Assembly: GCA_054661495.1 (NCBI GenBank)
Contig: BAAFSQ010000457.1
Span: 1-6,013 of the forward strand
From: Zygophlyctis sp. KS116
Lineage: Eukaryota > Fungi > Chytridiomycota
DNA: 6,013 nt
Direction of reading: 5' to 3'
A model generated the notes under the pieces. It searched no databases and was not told the origin of the DNA. It was given only the letters and a program-made list of their open reading frames with translations. A program made the translations under genes and the position numbers. Shown one piece after another: positions 1-5,941 of this stretch (the stretch's first letter is position 1; every line of letters starts with the position of its first letter).

Positions 1-1
1 G

Positions 2-157
2 ACGGAATGGTCGGGTCAGAAAGATGATGTTTCGGAATCACTAAAATCATTGCTCAAGGCCAATATTCTTTCTGACAGTGGTTACGGCATGACTTATACA
101 CTGAATTCAAAGGTAGAGAAGGAGTACTTGGTTGCAAATATGAATAAATTGCGTTGA
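2..157 (+). CDS. Probable 3' end of a host gene (51 codons, TEWSGQKDDVSESLKSLLKANILSDSGYGMTYTLNSKVEKEYLVANMNKLR*), product unknown
   Basis: Frame is open from the window edge to TGA at 155-157, has protein-like composition, and is followed by AT-rich sequence. It is partial and no family was recognised with certainty. Confidence 0.45.
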   Translation, partial: TEWSGQKDDVSESLKSLLKANILSDSGYGMTYTLNSKVEKEYLVANMNKLR

Positions 158-758
158 TTCATATTATAATTTCTGTTTACTTTTGAAAGAAGTAAATTGA
201 TTGGATCAGCAAAGTCGTGCTCTGTTAGTGTTCCATTGCAAAGAGTGTGAGTATCAACTTCGGGACGTCTGAATTTGGTAAGAGCTCTGGCAAAAGCTTT
301 GACGGAGTAAGGTCAATTTCTTGTTTGAGTTGTTCATCGTTGAGAGCTGAAATGTTGCGAATCCATTTGAAAATATCGTCTGCCATTCCAAGTTGTAAAC
401 ACTGTAAATTACAGGTTTTTACAAATTGTGATCATTGTAAACTGTGAATTTAAAGTCTTTATAATTTGTAATAATGCTGATTAGCCTATTGATTTTCTAA
501 TAATACTGAAAGGGCCTGCATGCGCTGTTTGGAGTGATTCAATCTTTTCTCCAATGGATTGAATCAGTTCGAGTCATTAAATAGAGAGTTGATGGGAGAC
601 CGTAAATACTATGAAACTGAAAGAGCCTTTTTTGTGTTGATGTGAATGTGTTGTGTATCAGATGCGAATAACAGACAGTAAAGAAGAAGCTCATCAATTA
701 TTAGAACAATATATGGGATGTGTGTGGAAAGACCCGCAATTGATAGCACGGCTTATGG

Positions 759-763
759 AGAAA
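759..763 (+). repeat. Target-site duplication, left copy (AGAAA)
   Basis: AGAAA directly before the TG of the 5' LTR; the same 5-mer follows the 3' LTR. Confidence 0.93.
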
Positions 764-837
764 TGTAGCAGATCCTGCAGTTAAGGTCAAGGATAAGAAT
801 GCCGAGGTTAAGGGGAAAATCAGAAAGCTCAAACTCC

Positions 838-891
838 GACTGACCCAGACTTGACTTATACTTGACCCAGACTTGACTCAGACTTGACTCA
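838..891 (+). repeat. Tandem array of five ~11-bp units, consensus GACTTGAC(C/T)CA, in the LTR (3' LTR copy at 5745-5798)
   Basis: Units GAC-TGACCCA, GACTTGACTTA, TACTTGACCCA, GACTTGACTCA, GACTTGACTCA. Confidence 0.9.
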
Positions 892-934
892 AGAATACTT
901 AAGAGTAAAACGCGTTCGCGTCCTTTAGAGGAAT

Positions 935-990
935 TAAATTCAATTCTAATTCTCTAAAGGTAAAATAAATTCAATTCTAATTCTCTAAAG
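935..990 (+). repeat. Perfect 25-bp direct repeat TAAATTCAATTCTAATTCTCTAAAG, two copies at 31-bp period (3' LTR copy at 5842-5897)
   Basis: Copies at 935-959 and 966-990. Confidence 0.93.
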
Positions 991-1028
991 ATCTGAGAAT
1001 ACTAAGGCCAACAACCATAAACTGTTAC

Positions 1029-1037
1029 AATTCCTCT
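1029..1037 (+). promoter_or_regulatory. Putative non-tRNA (self-priming) primer-binding site AATTCCTCT
   Basis: There is no TGG after the LTR, and this 9-mer is the exact reverse complement of AGAGGAATT at 927-935 inside the LTR. Confidence 0.65.
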
Positions 1038-1063
1038 CTCTGAAAATAAATTAATACTAAAAA

Positions 1064-2161
1064 ATGGATACCCCTATGGATACTACAGATAATATCCAAG
1101 CCCAAATGCAAGCCCAGAATCAATTACTGGCAGCTCAAAATGAGCTTTTAATTCAGCAGCTAGGAGAGCAAAGAGCTGCTCTTGAAAATTTAAGACGGGA
1201 AAATTCTCTAATGATGAATCCCGGATCCCAATTATCTTCTTTTTTATCAACTACAATTCAAAGTACGATAGAACAGACCCTTAAAGTTTCTTCAATGTCT
1301 AAAAGCGGGGGACGACCCCTAGAAGTTCCTAGCTATGATGGTACCTTGGGCATGCCTTGGAAAAACTTCAAGAACAAACTCTTAAATGAGTTAAATCGTC
1401 CAAATTCTTGCTATGCTAATATGAAATATTCATTTATGTACTCTAAGGCATCTGGCGACTTCTTAAAATATTTGGACTCTACTAATTTTGAATCCGAGGA
1501 TTTTGATGTCATTATTACGCGTCTAGACGACGTCTTTAGAGGGACTAATCCCCGTCTTGATGCTATTCGGAAGCTTGAAGAATTAGTAGTTAAAGGAACT
1601 ACTTTAGGTGGTCTAAGAGACTACTATTATACGTTTCGTAGTTTTCAAATCGAGACAGGTTATACCGCAAAGGATTTGTTTCAGAAATATATGGATGGCT
1701 TTGTGACAAGAAATAAGATTTTTATAAAAGCTAATTTTGCAAATGATACTATAAACTACAAGGAGAAATTGGAGGAGTTGAACCCTACTGATTTTAAAAC
1801 TCTCAGTGTCTATCAGGAAGAGTTGCTCAAATACGTTGAAGAATACTTAATCGCTACGTCTAGTTTATCGGATTCAGGTCTGGAGAGATCAATCAAAATT
1901 TCTGATATAAAGACACCTGCTAAAGATTTTATGGACCTATCGGCTCTTGACTTATCTGACCCAAAAGTTGTTAGTACAAGATTAAAGTTTTTATGCACAA
2001 AGAATGAACGGGGAACTTATCCACCGGTTCATGGGCACTCACAGGAGAAAAGGATGGATAGAAAGCTACTCGAAAAATATAATATTTATTTTGGATGTAG
2101 ACGTTCTTATAATCCCCCGCTACAATATCAGAAGCATAAGGAAAATTGCACTTTGGGGTGT
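1064..2161 (+). other. Gag region (N-terminal Gln-rich coiled coil, capsid-like domain, atypical nucleocapsid); boundaries approximate
   Basis: Lies before the protease. Has a heptad-like QAQNQLLAAQNELLIQQL stretch, a PSYDG motif resembling the PxxFxG capsid start, and FMDLS resembling the PMDLD/PMEID motif that precedes NC in Ty3/Gypsy Gag. Confidence 0.75.
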
Positions 2162-5100
2162 AATCTTAAATCTGGGACATCTGCAATTATGCTTATGGAT
2201 CTAGCTTCGTTGGGTATAGCCTCAGCCTCTGATTCAGAGTATGATTCTTTACGTTCTGATTTTATAGTTAATAAACCATCTGGCTCAGAAGTAAAATCTT
2301 GCTCAGAAGTGAATCAGAACGTAAAGAATAAATCTTTCTCTGAATTAAGCCATATTTGTAAACCAGACCTCATCCCGATCCCGTCTTCTGTTGTGGATCG
2401 TTTTTCTTTTACCATGTTTTGTTCGGAAATATCCTCTAATGTCTCTGTTTTGATCGATACCGGTGCTGTTTTAAATGTTATCAGTTTCGAGTTTGCAAAG
2501 CTTCATAATTTAACTCTCCAGCAAGGAAAAGAAATCAAAGTGAAGTTTGGTAACGGTTCTACGGCTCGGTCCTCTCATTGCACAATATTATCTATCAAAC
2601 AAGGCTCATATGTTCAAAAAATTGAGTTTTTTGTTGCAGACATACATTTACCTATGATATTAGGCATGCCATGGATCTCAGCGGTAGTGATCACCAAGAT
2701 TGATTGGTTAAATAAGGCGGTTCACTTTCATGATAGACAGGAACATCATTGTTTAATAGCCGATTCAAAGGACAAGGACATTGCACATTCTCTGCTACTT
2801 TCATCAATTGAATTTGAATCTGCAATCACTGAAGGCGAGTTTGAATCTTGGGGAATATTATCTTTGACAGATGTTGCCTCTAATTCCAAATTGCCGCCTA
2901 AAACTGATACTTTCAAATCCTCCAAATCCGAAACCTCTCGTGAACTCTCTGCCCTCCTTAAAGAATATGCGGATATATTTGTGAAGCCCACTCAGCCCCC
3001 TCCTTCTCGGCCTGAAGATCACGAAATTAAGATTATACCCGGCTCAAAATTGCCTGCAGTTCGAGGTATTGGACGATTGAATGATGGAAAACTGAAGATA
3101 TTAAAAGACACTCTGAATGATCTCTTGGAAAAAGGCTTTATACAATCGTCTCTCTCACCTTTTGGAACTAACATCTTGTTTGCTAAAAAACCAGATGGAT
3201 CTCTTAGGCTATGTGTCGATTACAGGGGACTTAATTCTATCACAGTGAAAAATAAGGCACCCTTGCCAAACTTGGGAGAGTTGAGAGATCGTGTTTCTAC
3301 AGCGAGATTCTTTAGCACAATGGATCTTCGGGACGGATTTTATAACATTCTGGTTAAAAAAGAGGACCGCCACAAAACCGCCTTTCGCACTCGGTATGGC
3401 CATTATGAATTTGTTGTTCTCCCGATGGGCCTCACTAATTCACCAGCTACCATGCAAACCATGATGAACCGTATTTTCGGTGAATTCTACGATTTATGGC
3501 TTCTCGGATATTTGGATGATCTGCTAGTCTATACTAAGGATATATCTACTCACTTAAATTCACTTAAAACGGTCTTTAATCTGCTACGAAAGCACAAACT
3601 TTTTCTTAAATTGGAGAAATGCACGTTTTTAGCAGATTCTGTCCGGTTCTGTGGCCACGTACTATCTAGTAATGGCATCAGTTTAAATATTGCTAAGCTT
3701 CCTGGCATTAATCGCGAAGCGCCTCGATCTCCCAAAGAAGTTCAGCAGTTTCTGGGTCTGGTCAACTGGTTCCGTGAATTCATTCCTCAGTGTGCAGAAA
3801 TATCCCAGCCACTCTCTCATCTTACTCGTAAAGATACTCCTTGGAAATGGGGGGCCAAAGAACAAACAGCGTTTCTCTCGCTATTACGTTGTCTACACTC
3901 TGCTCCTACTCTTAAGCACTACGAATCAGAACAACAGACTTACCTCTACACTGATGCCTCTGATTATGCCATTGGCGGATGGATCGGGCAATACGACTGC
4001 GATCGTAAATTGCGCCCTATCGTGTACTATTCTCGCAAAATGACGGCCCATGAACTCAAGTACCCGGTCCACGAAAAGGAATTGCTTGCAATAATCGCCA
4101 TGTTAGACCACCACGGAGCTTATCTGGCCTCGGGCGCTATTTGTCGCACTGATCACAAACCCCTCGTTTGGCTTCAATCTCAGCCCATATTATCTGGCAG
4201 ACAAGTACGTTGGGTCCTAAAACTTCAAGAATTTAATCTCCAAATCGAATATTTGCCCGGTAAACTGAATTCGGTAGCTGACTATCTAAGTCGCCAACCT
4301 AGTTTATCCCCAAAATGTCACTCTTGCCAAGCCCGCATTCCTAATTATGATCCCGAATCCAATCATATCGAATGTTTGACTATTGAAAACGACCAATTGG
4401 TCTCTATAGCCGTTGTTGATCTAGCCGGTGAACCGAAAGCCCAACAGCATGTGTTGTCTAATTTCCATGATAGAGCTCATCAGGGCATTAATCGCACTCT
4501 CAAATCCCTACGTAGATATTATACTTGGCCAAGCATGAAAAAATCAGTGAAAGAATATGTCGAAACTTGCGATGCTTGCCAGAGGTCAAAAGTTCGCAAT
4601 TCTAAGGCAGAAGGCCAGCTTCAATCTCTTCCTATTCCTTCACGCCGATTTAGTGTCATTGGCTTGGACTGGTTTTTCTTGCCCGCTGCTTCAACAAAAG
4701 AGGATTGTGTGATGATCATCGTGGATTATTTAACTAAGTTTGTAAAATTAATTCCTTGCAAATCAACGTCTGACTCTTCTACAATGGCCTCGTTATTCAA
4801 GCTCCACTGGCATGACCAGGGATTTGGTCTACCCAGCATGATTGTTTCGGATAGAGACTCAAAATTGACAAGTAAATTCTGGCAAAAATTATGTCTTATT
4901 CTAAACATTCAACGTAACTTGGCAACAGCACGGCATCAACAGACCAATGGTCAAGTGGAACGCACTATTCGTACAGTAAAACAGATGTTGATTGCTAACG
5001 ACGTTCACTCTAATTGGCTCAGCACTTTGTCGTCTGTTGAATATGCTATCAATGATTCAATCAGCCAGTCCACGGGATACACTCCGTTCTTTTTAACCTT

Positions 5101-5761
5101 TGGTCAGCATCCCGAATCTTTTACACTATCTCCAGAATTAAAGGAAATCGTTCCTGACTGGTCTAAATCTACGACAGAAGCTCAGAAAGCTATAAAAAAG
5201 GCACAGGATCACCAAGCAGCAGTGTATAATCTCAATCGCAAAGCTTCCTCTATAGCCGTTAATGATTTAGTCCTTTTGGAACGAGACGGCATAAATTGGT
5301 CTCCAGACTCCCAACTCTCCAAAAAATTATTGTCTCCATGGTTGGGTCCTTTTCGAGTCTTGGCTGTGGATGGATTAAATGCAACCTTAGAGTTGCCTCC
5401 TACTTCTAAACTTCATAATGTGTTCTCCGTTAACAAGTTAAAGCGCTATAATTCTGGGCCTGGTATTCCTCCTTCTCCTGATTTAATTGATGGGCAGTTT
5501 GAGTGGGAGGTCTCCAAAATCCTGGATCATCGGCAGTGGCAGTGGCGCAAACATTTACAATATCTAGTAGAATTCAAGGGATTGCACAAAGACACGAAGC
5601 AATGGCTATTTGCTGCAGATCTGAATCATTGCCAGGAGGCCATTGAAGATTATCTCTTGACCAAGGGGGGTGTAGCAGATCCTGCAGTTAAGGTCAAGGA
5701 TAAGAATGCCGAGGTTAAGGGGAAAATCAGAAAGCTCAAACTCCGACTGACCCAGACTTGA
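1064..5761 (+). CDS. Gag-Pol polyprotein (Gag, aspartic protease, reverse transcriptase, RNase H, integrase, chromodomain), 1565 aa
   Basis: Uninterrupted ORF with ATG in an A-rich context (TAAAAAATG). Motifs: LIDTGA and ILGMPW (PR); RLCVDYRGLN, DLRDGF, PMGL and YLDD (RT); TDAS, EKELLAI, TDH and ADYLSR (RH); HHCC, D,D35E and GPF (IN); EWEVSKILDHR...YLVEFKG (chromodomain). Confidence 0.97.
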   Translation: MDTPMDTTDNIQAQMQAQNQLLAAQNELLIQQLGEQRAALENLRRENSLMMNPGSQLSSFLSTTIQSTIEQTLKVSSMSKSGGRPLEVPSYDGTLGMPWKNFKNKLLNELNRPNSCYANMKYSFMYSKASGDFLKYLDSTNFESEDFDVIITRLDDVFRGTNPRLDAIRKLEELVVKGTTLGGLRDYYYTFRSFQIETGYTAKDLFQKYMDGFVTRNKIFIKANFANDTINYKEKLEELNPTDFKTLSVYQEELLKYVEEYLIATSSLSDSGLERSIKISDIKTPAKDFMDLSALDLSDPKVVSTRLKFLCTKNERGTYPPVHGHSQEKRMDRKLLEKYNIYFGCRRSYNPPLQYQKHKENCTLGCNLKSGTSAIMLMDLASLGIASASDSEYDSLRSDFIVNKPSGSEVKSCSEVNQNVKNKSFSELSHICKPDLIPIPSSVVDRFSFTMFCSEISSNVSVLIDTGAVLNVISFEFAKLHNLTLQQGKEIKVKFGNGSTARSSHCTILSIKQGSYVQKIEFFVADIHLPMILGMPWISAVVITKIDWLNKAVHFHDRQEHHCLIADSKDKDIAHSLLLSSIEFESAITEGEFESWGILSLTDVASNSKLPPKTDTFKSSKSETSRELSALLKEYADIFVKPTQPPPSRPEDHEIKIIPGSKLPAVRGIGRLNDGKLKILKDTLNDLLEKGFIQSSLSPFGTNILFAKKPDGSLRLCVDYRGLNSITVKNKAPLPNLGELRDRVSTARFFSTMDLRDGFYNILVKKEDRHKTAFRTRYGHYEFVVLPMGLTNSPATMQTMMNRIFGEFYDLWLLGYLDDLLVYTKDISTHLNSLKTVFNLLRKHKLFLKLEKCTFLADSVRFCGHVLSSNGISLNIAKLPGINREAPRSPKEVQQFLGLVNWFREFIPQCAEISQPLSHLTRKDTPWKWGAKEQTAFLSLLRCLHSAPTLKHYESEQQTYLYTDASDYAIGGWIGQYDCDRKLRPIVYYSRKMTAHELKYPVHEKELLAIIAMLDHHGAYLASGAICRTDHKPLVWLQSQPILSGRQVRWVLKLQEFNLQIEYLPGKLNSVADYLSRQPSLSPKCHSCQARIPNYDPESNHIECLTIENDQLVSIAVVDLAGEPKAQQHVLSNFHDRAHQGINRTLKSLRRYYTWPSMKKSVKEYVETCDACQRSKVRNSKAEGQLQSLPIPSRRFSVIGLDWFFLPAASTKEDCVMIIVDYLTKFVKLIPCKSTSDSSTMASLFKLHWHDQGFGLPSMIVSDRDSKLTSKFWQKLCLILNIQRNLATARHQQTNGQVERTIRTVKQMLIANDVHSNWLSTLSSVEYAINDSISQSTGYTPFFLTFGQHPESFTLSPELKEIVPDWSKSTTEAQKAIKKAQDHQAAVYNLNRKASSIAVNDLVLLERDGINWSPDSQLSKKLLSPWLGPFRVLAVDGLNATLELPPTSKLHNVFSVNKLKRYNSGPGIPPSPDLIDGQFEWEVSKILDHRQWQWRKHLQYLVEFKGLHKDTKQWLFAADLNHCQEAIEDYLLTKGGVADPAVKVKDKNAEVKGKIRKLKLRLTQT
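2441..2707 (+). other. Retropepsin aspartic protease domain (approximate)
   Basis: Catalytic DTG at 2456-2464, flap-like VKFGNG, ILGMPW at 2657-2674, then IDW. Confidence 0.92.
2954..3913 (+). other. Reverse transcriptase domain including thumb (approximate)
   Basis: KKPDGSLRLCVDYRGLN, TMDLRDGFYNI, KTAFRTRYGHYEF, PMGLTNSPAT, YLDD at 3509-3520, LKLEKCTF, FLGLVNWFREFI. Confidence 0.97.
3941..4294 (+). other. RNase H domain
   Basis: All four acidic residues present: TDASDYAIG (D at 3953), EKELLAI, TDHKPL, VADYLSR. Confidence 0.95.
4466..5449 (+). other. Integrase (HHCC zinc finger, DDE core, GPY/F module)
   Basis: H-x3-H-x29-C-x2-C at 4466-4579; GLDWF, IVSDRD and NGQVER with exactly 35 residues between the second D and E; PWLGPFRV...LELP...HNVFSVNKLKRY. 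Confidence 0.96.
5501..5656 (+). other. Chromodomain fused to integrase
   Basis: EWEVSKILDHR-x7-QYLVEFKG-x7-WLFAADLNHCQEAIEDY fits the chromodomain pattern EYEVEKILDHR...YLVKWKGY...WEPxxNL..C...I..F. Confidence 0.9.
5663..5670 (+). promoter_or_regulatory. Polypurine tract AAGGGGGG (plus-strand primer), lying inside the ORF
   Basis: Purine run directly abutting the TG of the 3' LTR; read as Lys-Gly-Gly codons. Confidence 0.85.
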
Positions 5762-5936
5762 CTTATACTTGACCCAGACTTGACTCAGACTTGACTCAAG
5801 AATACTTAAGAGTAAAACGCGTTCGCGTCCTTTAGAGGAATTAAATTCAATTCTAATTCTCTAAAGGTAAAATAAATTCAATTCTAATTCTCTAAAGATC
5901 TGAGAATACTAAGGCCAACAACCATAAACTGTTACA
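5671..5936 (+). repeat. 3' LTR, 266 bp
   Basis: Copy of 764-1029 at an offset of 4907 bp, immediately preceded by AAGGGGGG. Confidence 0.97.
5871..5876 (+). terminator. Candidate polyadenylation signal AATAAA in the 3' LTR (5' LTR copy at 964-969)
   Basis: AATAAA lies 60 nt before the LTR end, just downstream of a predicted hairpin. The position suits an R region, but the context is AT-rich. Confidence 0.4.
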
Positions 5937-5941
5937 AGAAA
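5937..5941 (+). repeat. Target-site duplication, right copy (AGAAA)
   Basis: AGAAA directly after the CA of the 3' LTR. A 5-bp TSD is typical of chromoviruses. Confidence 0.93.

Larger units (their letters stand above)
764..1029 (+). repeat. 5' LTR, 266 bp
   Basis: Begins TGTAGCAG and ends CTGTTACA (terminal inverted repeat, 7/8 match). By-eye comparison with 5671-5936 found no differences. Confidence 0.97.
764..5936 (+). mobile_element. Full-length Ty3/Gypsy (Metaviridae) LTR retrotransposon, chromovirus type, single ORF
   Basis: Direct terminal repeats at 764-1029 and 5671-5936; TG...CA ends; AGAAA duplicated on both sides; PR-RT-RH-IN domain order (Ty3/Gypsy, not Copia); C-terminal chromodomain; purine tract abutting the 3' LTR. 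Confidence 0.98.

Noticed and set aside
247-447. 66-aa plus-strand ORF from the track
   Set aside because: Starts at GTG in a eukaryotic context, is Ser/Cys-rich as expected of an antisense shadow, and has no recognisable domain.
174-608. Several GTAAA(C/T)A forkhead-like motifs in the left flank (174-180 reverse, 395-401, 602-608)
   Set aside because: Short AT-rich motifs in AT-rich DNA; enrichment cannot be shown without a background model.
960-990. Possible 31-nt intron (AAG|GTAAAA...CTAAT...AAG) that would excise exactly one LTR repeat period including AATAAA
   Set aside because: Shorter than typical fungal introns. Efficient splicing would also tend to purge the repeat during retrotransposition, yet both LTRs keep it.
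838-990. LTR repeats as a CRISPR-like array
   Set aside because: No unique spacers of suitable length, no cas genes, and the context is a eukaryotic retrotransposon.
1064-1083. Duplicated ATGGATAC (MDTPMDT) giving two in-frame start codons
   Set aside because: A real 12-bp-period micro-duplication, but it changes only four residues and there is no evidence of functional importance.
2283-2336. Small repeats in the Gag-PR linker (GCTCAGAAGT at 2283-2292 and 2301-2310) as a recoding signal
   Set aside because: The frame is continuous, so no recoding is needed, and I saw no clear slippery site with a downstream structure. These look like ordinary in-frame micro-duplications in a flexible linker.
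1813-4908. Short alternative-frame and antisense ORFs inside gag-pol (60-117 aa)
   Set aside because: All overlap the conserved polyprotein, have lengths expected by chance and show no motifs. No env-like or accessory gene is supported.
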